Shown here: one piece after another, positions 1-9,089 of the stretch
Layout of the letters: every line of letters starts with the position of its first letter
How positions within the stretch are numbered: the first letter of the stretch is position 1
Source: a virus
Lineage: Duplodnaviria > Caudoviricetes
IMG/VR virus record: IMGVR_UViG_3300038829_000034
Coordinates: 1-28,269 of that record
Direction: 5' to 3' (one strand)
Length of the DNA: 28,269 nt
Program-made: the position numbers and the translations under genes
The notes under the pieces: model-generated
Seen by the model: the letters and a program-made list of their open reading frames with translations, nothing else
Databases searched by the model: none
Told to the model about the DNA's origin: nothing

Positions 1-40
1 CCGCGTAATCATCTACTGGCATACCTCGTGCATTCGCCCA

Positions 41-142
41 CTACCGACACGCCGCCCACTTCCGGTCCAGCCACTTCAGCCAGGTATATTCAAACTGTCT
101 CCACTGTCCCGCCGTCATGTCGCGCGGCGCTTTGCTTGGCAA
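41..142 (-). CDS. Small hypothetical protein (33 aa, MPSKAPRDMTAGQWRQFEYTWLKWLDRKWAACR)
   Basis: TTG start with GGAGGAG RBS (146-152) just downstream of the FN3-like gene; too short for the ORF track. Confidence 0.45.
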   Translation of the reverse strand: MPSKAPRDMTAGQWRQFEYTWLKWLDRKWAACR

Positions 143-156
143 CGGCTCCTCCAGGT

Positions 157-537
157 CTATGGCGTGACACTCGGCACTGCTAGACCCGTTGGAGCCGCCG
201 GAGGGACCGTGTTGACCGTCGCCTCCGCCGTATTGCTGAACGGGGATTCATTCGGGGACGGCGCGTTATCGAACGCGGTCAGCCGGTAGCAATACTGGCC
301 GTCCGCCGTCACGAGATTGCTGCCAGCCGTCACCAGACCGAACGTCCCCACCCGCGCAAACGCGCCGGGATTCGCACAGGCCCCCTGAGCGCGATAGAGG
401 TGGTAGCCGGCCAGGTCGCTCTCCGTATTCGCGTTCCAGCCAAGATTGACCGTGGCGGCCTCAGCCCATCCGGCGCAGCCGAGTGCCAGCACGATCCCCA
501 TGAGCCCCACCACCATCCGATTTGATCGTTGGTCCAT
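157..537 (-). CDS. Secreted fibronectin type III-like protein
   Basis: N-terminal signal peptide ending in AEA; FN3-like motifs [42 protein letters not shown]. Confidence 0.7.
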   Translation of the reverse strand: MDQRSNRMVVGLMGIVLALGCAGWAEAATVNLGWNANTESDLAGYHLYRAQGACANPGAFARVGTFGLVTAGSNLVTADGQYCYRLTAFDNAPSPNESPFSNTAEATVNTVPPAAPTGLAVPSVTP

Positions 538-603
538 TTTATTTCTCCTGCTTGAATTTCAACCGGCACGCTTTACTTACACTTCCACTCGGGGCATCGC
601 GCC

Positions 604-981
604 TCACGCCGGCGCACTGTAGGTCAGGCTGCTCATCGTCACCTGCTGCCCCGCCGACACGACCACGCTGTTCAGCGTGATGTCGCCGCCGCCGCCGGTG
701 GCCGTGACGGAGCAGATGATCTTGTCGGTCCCGACCGCATTCTTGAGCCGGGCCTTGGCGATCGTGCCGCCGGTCGCGCTGCTGTCGGCGGTGATCGCAT
801 TGGCCGTGGCCGTGCCGCTGGCCGCCGCGCCGAACGCCGGATTGCCGAGCGTGAGTGTGGCCACCTCCACATCGGCGGAGGTTTGAAATACGAGCGTGCC
901 GGGCGGCGTGCCCTCGTCCAATTGATCGACGACGAAATCGGCCAGGCCGGTGCGGACTGCTGTGGGATGTGTCACTGCCAT
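604..981 (-). CDS. Putative virion structural/tail-tip protein (125 aa, Ala/Thr/Gly-rich beta protein)
   Basis: GAGGAGG RBS; composition and position downstream of tail genes. Confidence 0.6.
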   Translation of the reverse strand: MAVTHPTAVRTGLADFVVDQLDEGTPPGTLVFQTSADVEVATLTLGNPAFGAAASGTATANAITADSSATGGTIAKARLKNAVGTDKIICSVTATGGGGDITLNSVVVSAGQQVTMSSLTYSAPA

Positions 982-993
982 AGTCGCCTCCTC

Positions 994-1215
994 TTATGCG
1001 ATGGTTCCTGTGCCGCCCATCTGAGCGGGTGATGTGCCGGATGTCGCAGGCACGAGCGTGGTCACCTTGCCTTCGCGACTCCACTGCGCCACGGCGTCGC
1101 GAAGCCGAGAATTCTCCGGATGCGCGGTATACTGCAGACCTTGGCAGTAGTGAGAGTCGAAGGCCTCGCTAAAGAAGTCCTGCGTCGGGATAAAGACCAA
1201 TGAATCGTTTTGCAT
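994..1215 (-). CDS. Hypothetical protein (73 aa)
   Basis: AAGGAG RBS; packed in the operon. Confidence 0.6.
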   Translation of the reverse strand: MQNDSLVFIPTQDFFSEAFDSHYCQGLQYTAHPENSRLRDAVAQWSREGKVTTLVPATSGTSPAQMGGTGTIA

Positions 1216-1233
1216 CTAGCTCCTTCTCCGTCC

Positions 1234-1447
1234 TTACAGTCTCACCTTGATAAAGTTCAGCACGAACGATCGAGCGACCTGCACCGCTAGTGGCGGCAAG
1301 GGCACAGGCAGCGCCGCCCGCATGATGTTCAGCTCTTGCACCACAAACGCCGCCAATCCACGGAGCACGAGAACAGTGGGCGACTCAGGACCCCATGACT
1401 CCCAGGCACAGCACCAGGCACATCAGCACGAGTAGCGTGTTCCTCAT
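1234..1447 (-). CDS. Split small membrane/secreted protein: 20-aa hydrophobic ORF (1385-1447) plus a +1-frame continuation (1234-1386); +1 frameshift or 1-bp indel
   Basis: ATG overlaps the upstream TGA (TGATG); MRNTLLVLMCLVLCLGVMGS stops at TCC-TGA; the +1 frame continues ESPTVLVLRGLAAFVVQELNIMRAALPVPLPPLAVQVARSFVLNFIKVRL and fills the gap to the next gene. Confidence 0.5.
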
Positions 1448-1692
1448 CACGTGGCCTCTTGCTGCTGAGGTGGGAGCGGTTCAATCGACCCCCATTTCCC
1501 ACGCGGGCAATCCGTCACTGTGATCGCCGCCTTGATCCGCACAAAACACCCGCAGGCGAGACAGCGATCGTCGCTGGCACGATAGTCCGCGCAGGCCTGA
1601 CAACAGGCGAGGCGCGCCTCGCGCGTCGGCTCATCGACCAGGACCAAATGCCTCGCCAGACCACCGATCACCCCGAACGCGGTCTTCACCAT
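1447..1692 (-). CDS. Cys-rich small protein (DUF6171-like)
   Basis: RLACCQAC...CLACGCFVRIKA...CPRGKW pattern. Confidence 0.65.
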   Translation of the reverse strand: MVKTAFGVIGGLARHLVLVDEPTREARLACCQACADYRASDDRCLACGCFVRIKAAITVTDCPRGKWGSIEPLPPQQQEAT

Positions 1693-3365
1693 CGCACCTC
1701 AATCAAACCGCCTATCCCAGCGATGCCATCAACGTCATAACTCTTGCCACCTTGCCCACCGACGTGCCCACCGCCCACACTGACGGCATCTCCAATCCCG
1801 CCGCCCGCGACACCATCAGCGCCATTTGTGCCGCCCGCCCCGCTTAGCCCGGCCGTCCCGCCATCTGCCTGGCAGACGGTTACTGCTCCGAGTTTTACTG
1901 ATGAGAGGCCACCGGTTCCACCATCCGAGATGGTAGAACCTCCTGTACAAATACTGGCCACCTCTCCGGTTATGCCGGAGGTCCCTGCGGCGCCCACAAC
2001 AAGATCGAAAACTTGCCCCGCTGAGACAGCTCGAATCGTGATCGCCTTCCCGCTATTCCCCCCATCTCCTCCTGTCGCAAATCCAAGCACAAAGCATGAG
2101 CCGCTGAACCCCCACAATCGGCGGCCGCCCCCACCTCCTGCGCTCCCCCCGATATTCGTAAACTGCGCCGTCGTGACACCGGCTGGCACCGTCCAGGTAA
2201 ATGTCCCTGGCGTGCTAAAGAGTTGCACGTTCGGGAACACATTGGCGGAGATCGAGACCGCGGCTTTTCCTGCCCCCACAATGCGCAAGAGCGATTCCAG
2301 CGCGAACTGCTGAAAGCTCGACTCCCAGAATTCCACGTCAAACAGGAAAGCCCCGGACGACTCACGCCAGGTTTTGCGCATGGCGAGGAACGTGCCAGAC
2401 AGCCCGAATCCTGGCAGGTCCAGCACCGTCAATTGTCCAATGCGTGGCGCGGGCTCGCGCATCGTGACGGTCACACGCCGAGCATTCTTGGCATAGGTGC
2501 GCAGCTGCACGAACCCCACCGTCTGCCCCATGATGGACAATTCGCCCACCACGTTCGACGTGGGGTGCTTGACCTCTTGATAGTCCTCGTAGATCCCGCT
2601 GCCACCCTCGTCGGCGATTCTCAGCGCCTGCTGCACGAGATCGTCGCGCGTCTCCGTCACCGTCGCCCCGCTGGTGCCTGTCACTTTCACGACCTGCCGA
2701 TTGCGGTAGTTATCCAGATCGCTCATATGCTGGATGGTTTCCGCGCGCGCGGTCGTGATCACCATATCGGCCACATCCACCGAGAGCGGCCGAAAGACAA
2801 TTTGCTTATAGGGATTGATGAAGGCCACCCCGCCGCCCGCCACGCCGATATCGCGGATAAAGTCCGACACGCGGACATGGTTAGCCTCTGCGAGCAGCAG
2901 CTGAATGCCGTCGTCCACCAAGCCCGCCGTTACGCCGTCCAGGCTCAGGCCGCTCGCCAGAATGGCATCGCGGAGGATCTGGCCCGCCATGACGTTGCTG
3001 TAGGTTTTCGTGATCGTATGCCGCGCGAGCAGTGAATCCCACCCGTCCGCCTCGATGCTGTACCGGAAGACCGCCTCAGCCTGATCGCTGTCGATCGTGA
3101 GGGTGCGAATCAGCCCTGAGAAAATCGCTTCTCCGCGCCAGATCACCTCACAGGTTTTTCCGTCGACGATCGGCACCGTCGGATTGATCGCCACGCAACG
3201 ACATCGCGACTTTCCATCGCCGGACTCCTCAATATCGACGGAATCCGTAGCTACCTCGCCGACGCGGAGCCCGCCAATCAGTACCCAATAGTCCAGGCCG
3301 ATCCAACCGCGGACCTCGCTCCCCAAGACCGGCTCTTCCCCGATGGCGGCGTCCGCGATGGCCAC
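1686..3365 (-). CDS. Tail-tip hub/Tal-like protein with C-terminal glycine-rich domain
   Basis: Position after tape measure; hub-like N-terminus (IFSGLIR, GWDSLLAR..TYSN); C-terminal FSTPGTFTWTVPAGVT followed by GGGG repeats. Confidence 0.65.
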   Translation of the reverse strand: MAIADAAIGEEPVLGSEVRGWIGLDYWVLIGGLRVGEVATDSVDIEESGDGKSRCRCVAINPTVPIVDGKTCEVIWRGEAIFSGLIRTLTIDSDQAEAVFRYSIEADGWDSLLARHTITKTYSNVMAGQILRDAILASGLSLDGVTAGLVDDGIQLLLAEANHVRVSDFIRDIGVAGGGVAFINPYKQIVFRPLSVDVADMVITTARAETIQHMSDLDNYRNRQVVKVTGTSGATVTETRDDLVQQALRIADEGGSGIYEDYQEVKHPTSNVVGELSIMGQTVGFVQLRTYAKNARRVTVTMREPAPRIGQLTVLDLPGFGLSGTFLAMRKTWRESSGAFLFDVEFWESSFQQFALESLLRIVGAGKAAVSISANVFPNVQLFSTPGTFTWTVPAGVTTAQFTNIGGSAGGGGGRRLWGFSGSCFVLGFATGGDGGNSGKAITIRAVSAGQVFDLVVGAAGTSGITGEVASICTGGSTISDGGTGGLSSVKLGAVTVCQADGGTAGLSGAGGTNGADGVAGGGIGDAVSVGGGHVGGQGGKSYDVDGIAGIGGLIEVRW

Positions 3366-3374
3366 ACGATCCTC

Positions 3375-3833
3375 CTACAACTCAAAGGCCCAGACCATGA
3401 TTGTCTGATTGGGCGTCGCGCCCACGCGCCGAATAAACGGGAACTTCTGTGCAATCGAGAGCTTCCACAGCAGATTGTCCTGCGGCGCGGGATTGGCTAC
3501 GGTCGCGAGATTCGATTCCAACAGCAGCGCCCCATTCGAGCCGGTATCGTCGAGCCCTAAGGCCATCACGCCATTCGTGCGCGCGGTCGCCGTATTGAGC
3601 CCGACATCGTTGTCGGCATAGCCGAACTTCCACCAGCCCGACGCGCCAGTCCCCAGCACTTTCACACGCGCGACATATAACGTCTTGCCGGCCGTGACTT
3701 GATAGCCAGACGTGGAAAACGGCGCACGCAGATGCGTGACGTTGCCATCGGTCGCAATGAATCCATACAGGAGAATCAGATCCGATACGGCATCGAGCGC
3801 CACATCTCCAGACCGCACCATTTTGACACCCAT
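3375..3833 (-). CDS. Putative tail-tip structural protein (152 aa)
   Basis: In the tail operon; beta-rich sequence; GGAGG RBS. Confidence 0.55.
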   Translation of the reverse strand: MGVKMVRSGDVALDAVSDLILLYGFIATDGNVTHLRAPFSTSGYQVTAGKTLYVARVKVLGTGASGWWKFGYADNDVGLNTATARTNGVMALGLDDTGSNGALLLESNLATVANPAPQDNLLWKLSIAQKFPFIRRVGATPNQTIMVWAFEL

Positions 3834-3836
3834 GAT

Positions 3837-4172
3837 TTATTTCCCTCCAAAGAGCAGCGCGGCGGCCAGCGCTTCCAGATAGATCTGTGCCGGGGCATCA
3901 TTAAAGACCGATTTGACGCCAGACCCGAGCGAGAGCTTCGCCCCTGCGGCACTGGAGTCGAGCACCGTGGTGCGCGCCAAGGTGTCCGGCGAGCCGCTCG
4001 TGATCAGCCCGATCCCCACTTCCCAGGCCGTCCCATCGATAATCACGTAGTAACAGGGTTGGGCGGTGCCGAACGCATTCACGAACGAGCGGAACCCGGC
4101 GACGGGCCCTGCAAGATCCAGCGTCCCCGTCCCTGTCGTCGTACTGGTTTCTTTCACCCGCGCCTTGATCAT
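3837..4172 (-). CDS. Virion structural protein (RVKETSTTTGTGT family)
   Basis: Recurrent phage tail-associated N-terminal motif; ATGA overlap with the tape measure stop. Confidence 0.65.
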   Translation of the reverse strand: MIKARVKETSTTTGTGTLDLAGPVAGFRSFVNAFGTAQPCYYVIIDGTAWEVGIGLITSGSPDTLARTTVLDSSAAGAKLSLGSGVKSVFNDAPAQIYLEALAAALLFGGK

Positions 4173-6559
4173 GCCGGGGCCCCTTCGGAGCGCCAGGCTG
4201 ACGGCATGTGCCGGGCCGTGGCGCGGGCAATCTCACGCCCATTCAGATACACGGGCACTTCGATGCGCTGCGAAGAGCCCCCGCCCGATCCGAACGCCTG
4301 CTGCATAAAGGCGGCGCCGCGGCCATTGAGCGGAATAATGGCTTCCTGCCCATGTAGGGTCGCTGGCGTCCCGCTGCCGAAATTGCCGATGCCGCCTTCC
4401 TTAAATCCAAGATTGCCGGTGGCCGCTAAGGCGACCGCGATGGCAGCCACACCAACGAGGATGGCCCCGGCATAGGGAATACCGAACACCGTGGCGGTCA
4501 AGGCTTCAGCGATCGCGCTCAAGACACCCATGACGAATGTGCCAACGGCCGTGAGCGCAGTCACAAGCGCGCCCGATATCGCCGTAAATCCTGCCGCCAC
4601 CGAGGCATAGGCACCGAGTATGGCCGCTGAGGCACCGGTCCAGATGGCGACGCTGGCCCCAGCCGCCGCTGCATCGCTCGCCACCACGGCCGTATTCGTC
4701 GCCGTCTTGAGTCCGAGCTTCGCGGCCTCGCTGGCCGTGACAATCCCCATCTCGACCGACGCGGACAGCGCCGCCTGCGCCACCTGCTGGACCCCGGCGT
4801 TCAACGCCGCCTGCACGAGCGCGACCTGTGTTTGTTCCCAGACCGCTTGCAGGTTGCCGCCATGGACCACCATTTGGGCGATGCCGCCGGTCCAGGTCGA
4901 GACCATCGAGCCCATACTGAAACTGTTGGAGGCCACGATGGCCTGCATTTGCTGCTCGAAGAACGAGGGGAAGGCCTGCACCGCCTGACGGCGCTTGGTG
5001 TCGAGCTGCATATCCAAATTGATCAGGGCGTTATGCTTGCGCTCTTCGTCCGTAATCGTCTGATCGATGACGATGCGTTGCCGCGCCCCTTCCTCATTGA
5101 TCAAGTCGAAGCGCTTCCGCCTGGCGGCCTCGGAGGCGCCGAGTAAGCCCGCTTCGTTCTGGAACATCGCAGATTGCGCATCGTCCTGCGCTTTCGCCGC
5201 CGCGATGGCATCCTCATAGGGTTGCAGTTGCAGTTTCTTCATGAGATCAGCGGTCTGCCTGGCCGAGGCGACAAGCTTGGTATCGCTGGCCAGCTTGGCG
5301 ATCTCGTACTGATTGATCAGCCCCAACATCTGCTGCGAGGCCTCGACTTCAAATTTGGCCTTCTCGGCCTGGCTCTTCTGATCGCCCAGGAACATTGATG
5401 ATTTATTGGCGTAGAACGTTGCATAGTTCAGAACTTGCCGGGCGAGGGATGTATGCGTGAACTCCGCCTGCCTCTTCAGGGCCGCCTCATTGGCCTGGGA
5501 GCTCTCGACGTCGGCGGCGAGCTCGAGTCCGGACTTCGCGGCCAGATGGGCTTGAAAATTCTGCAGTCTGGCCTGCGCCAGCGCATCCTCATTTTTGAAG
5601 AGCGCCTCATTGAACTTGAGTTGCACATCTGCGGCCTTCTGCGCCTGCTCGGCCATCTTGGCCGTATCGACGAAGGCAGGCGCCTTGGCTCTGGTGTCGG
5701 CTGCGGCATTGACGCCGCCGAGACTATTCAGGCTCTTGAGGCTGTCTGAGGCGATCGCCAGCAGGCTGGAGAATGTCCGGGCTACCGCATCCACGGCGGG
5801 CGCCACGAACGACCCGAGCTGCTGCCCGAACCGGGTCCAGGCGGTCGAGAGGTCGTCGATATGATCGTCCATCGTGGCCAGTTCGGCCAATTGCCCACCG
5901 GAGAGCGCGGCGCCGAGCCGAGCCGAGGCCGCGGTCGCATCATCCATCGCGGCCGTGCCACCGCCGAACGCTTTAATGAAGGTCTGCCAGCCCTTGCCGA
6001 GCAGGTCGGACATGATCGCGGACTTTTCCAGCCCATCGGCGAATTGGTTGGAGGCCCCTGAGATCTTCCGAATCAAATCCTCGGTGCTGGTGACCGTGGT
6101 AATATCGATACCGAGCTGCCGAAAGCGATCCCCTGCCGTGCCGGTCCCTTGCCTGGCCTGATCTAGGCTCGTGGACATGCGCTTCATCATGGCGGTGAGA
6201 TCGTCGCCGGTCAGGTTGGCGCGATGCAGGATGACGTCGTACTCCTGTAGGGCATCGGTCGACATGCCCATGAGCGCACTTTGTTGCTGGAGCGCTTCGG
6301 CCTGCTGGCCGGCCGCGAGCGCAAACTCCACCCCAGCCGATGCCGTGGTGATGAGAATGCCGGCCAACACGCCGGCCGCGCCCGCCCCGCCCTTCGCCAG
6401 GCTGGTGAATGCGGAGAGGGATTGATTGAGCGGCCCCCCGATCGCCGACCCAGCGCCGCCCGCCGCCTGCACGAATTTATTGACGGATCGCTGTGCGTCC
6501 TCAAGCCCCTTGATGAGCGAGTTCGAATCCGCGACCATTTCCAGCACGAGTTTATTCAC
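4169..6559 (-). CDS. Tail tape measure protein (796 aa)
   Basis: Long Ala-rich helical protein directly after the G/GT chaperones; C-terminal FKEGG..PATLHGQEAIIPL and VYLNGREIA motifs. Confidence 0.9.
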   Translation of the reverse strand: MNKLVLEMVADSNSLIKGLEDAQRSVNKFVQAAGGAGSAIGGPLNQSLSAFTSLAKGGAGAAGVLAGILITTASAGVEFALAAGQQAEALQQQSALMGMSTDALQEYDVILHRANLTGDDLTAMMKRMSTSLDQARQGTGTAGDRFRQLGIDITTVTSTEDLIRKISGASNQFADGLEKSAIMSDLLGKGWQTFIKAFGGGTAAMDDATAASARLGAALSGGQLAELATMDDHIDDLSTAWTRFGQQLGSFVAPAVDAVARTFSSLLAIASDSLKSLNSLGGVNAAADTRAKAPAFVDTAKMAEQAQKAADVQLKFNEALFKNEDALAQARLQNFQAHLAAKSGLELAADVESSQANEAALKRQAEFTHTSLARQVLNYATFYANKSSMFLGDQKSQAEKAKFEVEASQQMLGLINQYEIAKLASDTKLVASARQTADLMKKLQLQPYEDAIAAAKAQDDAQSAMFQNEAGLLGASEAARRKRFDLINEEGARQRIVIDQTITDEERKHNALINLDMQLDTKRRQAVQAFPSFFEQQMQAIVASNSFSMGSMVSTWTGGIAQMVVHGGNLQAVWEQTQVALVQAALNAGVQQVAQAALSASVEMGIVTASEAAKLGLKTATNTAVVASDAAAAGASVAIWTGASAAILGAYASVAAGFTAISGALVTALTAVGTFVMGVLSAIAEALTATVFGIPYAGAILVGVAAIAVALAATGNLGFKEGGIGNFGSGTPATLHGQEAIIPLNGRGAAFMQQAFGSGGGSSQRIEVPVYLNGREIARATARHMPSAWRSEGAPA

Positions 6560-6918
6560 GCAGTCCCCAGCTTGGCTCGGTCATAGACGGCTTTCAGTTG
6601 GTCGTATTCATCAGGGCCAGATCCCTGCGCCGCCTCGTCGTCGTCCTGATCTAGTCTGAACGTCCTGGGCATAAAATCCTCGGCTATCGCGATCGGATCG
6701 GACCGTTTCGTCCGCTGACTATTCGTGACGGCCGCGCAGATCTGCCCGGCCCGCCAGTACTGCGCCCGTTCCCCGAACGGCTCGACCAGCTCATAGAGCT
6801 GCCATTCCGTAAACTGCCTGCCAGACATGCGCGCCAGCAGCCTGTCCGGGCTCGAGGCCCCCAGACTCAGAGCGAGACGGTAGGCGAATCGCCGCTCTGG
6901 GCTGCGTCGGAGTTTTTT
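6556..6918 (-). CDS. Tail assembly chaperone GT C-terminal part, expressed by -1 frameshift
   Basis: The -1 frame after A AAA AAC is open (KLRRSPERRFAYRLALSLG...) and in frame with ORF 6556-6828 (MSGRQFTEWQLYELVEPFG). Confidence 0.8.
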   Translation of the reverse strand, partial: KKLRRSPERRFAYRLALSLGASSPDRLLARMSGRQFTEWQLYELVEPFGERAQYWRAGQICAAVTNSQRTKRSDPIAIAEDFMPRTFRLDQDDDEAAQGSGPDEYDQLKAVYDRAKLGTA

Positions 6919-7283
6919 AGGATCTCCTCCTGCTCCGCATCGTCCATCCCGGAAAGCCGGATGGCCACTTTCGCGAGACGCTCCAACACGGCTGCGCTCT
7001 TCGTGCCGAGCCGAATGATATCGGTCTCCGTGAAGAGCGGCTGCCGCTTCGCATCCACGAGGCAGCGCACGAGCAGCTTGGCCGTGGAATGTTCCAGCTT
7101 GACCTTCCGGTTCTTACCCTGCAGCTCCACTAGGGACGACTGATAGGCATTCTTCGCGGCCGCCGTGAGGCCGGAAATGAGCACCCGACGGCCCTTCCAC
7201 TCCTGGACCACGACTTCCTCGACCGGGATGTCGTCCATGCCGAGAATGTCGTCTTTACTCAAGAGATCGTTCGACGGTTCCAT
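6867..7283 (-). CDS. Tail assembly chaperone G
   Basis: Position between tail tube and TMP; ends ..ILKNS at a slippery site. Confidence 0.8.
   Translation of the reverse strand: MEPSNDLLSKDDILGMDDIPVEEVVVQEWKGRRVLISGLTAAAKNAYQSSLVELQGKNRKVKLEHSTAKLLVRCLVDAKRQPLFTETDIIRLGTKSAAVLERLAKVAIRLSGMDDAEQEEILKNSDAAQSGDSPTVSL
6912..6918 (-). other. -1 programmed ribosomal frameshift heptamer A AAA AAC
   Basis: CTA AAA AAC fits X XXY YYZ in the frame of G; canonical location for the G/GT frameshift. Confidence 0.8.
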
Positions 7284-7322
7284 GCTGCTCCCTCTCTGAA
7301 ATCTCTGCGCGCCGATCCACGT

Positions 7323-7353
7323 CGCCTGGTCCGTCTCCGTGACGGACCAGGCG
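7323..7353. other. Intergenic stem-loop (13-bp perfect stem)
   Basis: CGCCTGGTCCGTC-tccgt-GACGGACCAGGCG; no U-tract. Confidence 0.6.
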
Positions 7354-7364
7354 TCAATCGTCGC

Positions 7365-7739
7365 TTACAGTTTGATGATGCAGAACTCGATGGCCGCGTT
7401 GCTGCCCGCGAGATAGAACATCCCATCGGTCTGCGCCCAGCCCTCTTGCTGATCGAGCAGAAACGCGATCTGCTTACCGTTCGCAATGCTGTAGGTCGTA
7501 ATATCTCCGGTGCGCCGACGGGCATCGGCCGCGCTCGTCAGGGTGACGGTATAGGGCGTGGCGGCCGAGGTGTTGCGCACGAGGATGAGATATTTGCCCT
7601 GCCCCAAGGCAAACTGGTTCGCATTGGCCACGTCGGCGGCTTGCCAGGTGAGATCCAGGGCCAAGGCTGAAACGGGCAAGGTCGGATAGGGACCGACCGG
7701 CGTGATGATCGAGGCGGCGGGGATACTGGTGCGTGCCAT
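7365..7739 (-). CDS. Putative tail decoration/structural protein (124 aa)
   Basis: AAGGAGG RBS; directly follows the tail tube gene. Confidence 0.6.
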   Translation of the reverse strand: MARTSIPAASIITPVGPYPTLPVSALALDLTWQAADVANANQFALGQGKYLILVRNTSAATPYTVTLTSAADARRRTGDITTYSIANGKQIAFLLDQQEGWAQTDGMFYLAGSNAAIEFCIIKL

Positions 7740-7767
7740 TAAGAGCCCTCCTTCTATTCAAGATGTG

Positions 7768-7783
7768 CGCGCCCTAGGGCGCG
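7768..7783. repeat. 16-bp perfect palindrome CGCGCCCTAGGGCGCG
   Basis: Intergenic, just after the tail tube stop. Confidence 0.6.
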
Positions 7784-7794
7784 AGGCGAATCGT

Positions 7795-8223
7795 CTAGCT
7801 GAACGTGAGCCCGCCGGACACCGTGATCGTGACGTCGGCGCTGCGCTTGTCACTGACGGGATCGGCGAAGGCGATGTCGGTGACATAGCCGGAAAACGAG
7901 ATGGTCTTGGTCGCCTCCGGGTTCACCTTCTGGAAATTCTTCTTGGTGCGGGTCTGGGCCGCCGCAATCAACGCGACGTGCATGGGGTCCGCCTCGACAT
8001 AATTCAGCGGAAACGAGACCTCCCCCCCGTTCATCGTCGACGGAATGATTTCCTCGTTGGCCCCGCTCGCCGCGGAACTGTGCGTGGTGACATCGATCGT
8101 CTTGACGCTGATGTTCGGCCCCTTGATGTCCCCGACTTCCGGGATCTCTGTGAACGTTTCCGGTGAGACCCCATCGCCCATCTTCAGTTTCGTGCCGTAG
8201 GCCGGTCGTGCTTGTGATGACAT
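7795..8223 (-). CDS. Major tail tube protein (siphovirus)
   Basis: GTKLKMGDG..ETFTEI..V.DIKGP....TIDVTTHSS and TISFSGYV motifs; AAGGAGG RBS. Confidence 0.85.
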   Translation of the reverse strand: MSSQARPAYGTKLKMGDGVSPETFTEIPEVGDIKGPNISVKTIDVTTHSSAASGANEEIIPSTMNGGEVSFPLNYVEADPMHVALIAAAQTRTKKNFQKVNPEATKTISFSGYVTDIAFADPVSDKRSADVTITVSGGLTFS

Positions 8224-8244
8224 TACAATCCTCCTTGTTCGTCG

Positions 8245-8694
8245 TTAGGCGCGGGAAAATTTCAGCGTCCAGGTCCAGATGGCCTGCGCCCAGGGCCCCG
8301 CCGCCGTGGTCGCCTCGTCGGTCGTCAGCGTCTCGGGCATGACCTGCCACACCAGATCCCGCAGATCGGCATGGCCAGCCGATCCCAGCATGACCTCATA
8401 GATGTCCTCGATCATGGCATCGAGCACGGCCCGAGGATCTTTCGTATCGTGGGCATAGAGCACGAGCTTCACCGTCACACTAATATCGCGCTGTGACTGC
8501 CGTGAGACTGTGATGTCTTCATCGGTCACGATCACGCAATAGGTATTCGCCTGCTTCGTCTCCTGCTCCGTGAGAAAACGCGGGCTCACGGCAAACGCTT
8601 TCACGCGACAGCACGTCTGTCCCTTGCGCGACTCCAGCACCTGCATGATGGTGGCGCGAATGATCGTCCTAGTGCTTACGGCTGGTGCGCTCAT
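8245..8694 (-). CDS. Putative tail terminator protein
   Basis: Position just upstream of the tail tube; size 149 aa. Confidence 0.55.
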   Translation of the reverse strand: MSAPAVSTRTIIRATIMQVLESRKGQTCCRVKAFAVSPRFLTEQETKQANTYCVIVTDEDITVSRQSQRDISVTVKLVLYAHDTKDPRAVLDAMIEDIYEVMLGSAGHADLRDLVWQVMPETLTTDEATTAAGPWAQAIWTWTLKFSRA

Positions 8695-9089
8695 CGCCCC
8701 ACCTCGTGCAGCACCTTCTCGAACTCACCTTCGGCGATGGCTTCCATTGATTGTCCAGCCGGTGCAACCACGGGACGCGGACGCAGGATGCCGCGCCCAT
8801 GCGTTAACGTGGCGCCAGACTCAAAGATGTTCAGCAATCTCGGCAGCGGCGTGATCCGCCCCTTGATCTCGGCCGACTTCACACTGACATTCGTCTGGAT
8901 CTTTCTGGCCTGGCGGCGCAGAAACCCGGTGCGCACCCCGAAATCACTATTGATGCGCTGCCTGGCTTCCTTTCGGCCCACGTTCAGCACACGGCCCATG
9001 GCCTTCTTGATGTTCTGCACGGCCTCTTTACCAGCCTTCGCATAGTTCAGGAGCCCCGCTCCGTTGACCTTGATCTGGATGATCGCCAC
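8691..9089 (-). CDS. HK97 gp10-like neck/tail completion protein
   Basis: VRTGFLRR and FESG....RPRP motifs; basic protein; synteny. Confidence 0.65.
   Translation of the reverse strand: MAIIQIKVNGAGLLNYAKAGKEAVQNIKKAMGRVLNVGRKEARQRINSDFGVRTGFLRRQARKIQTNVSVKSAEIKGRITPLPRLLNIFESGATLTHGRGILRPRPVVAPAGQSMEAIAEGEFEKVLHEVGR

Noticed and set aside
539-1084. 181-aa minus-strand ORF overlapping two genes
   Set aside because: Arg/His-rich off-frame translation of ORF 604-981, which has the clear RBS.
1-3365. Diversity-generating retroelement in the tail-tip region
   Set aside because: No reverse transcriptase and no TR/VR repeat pair are seen in the window.
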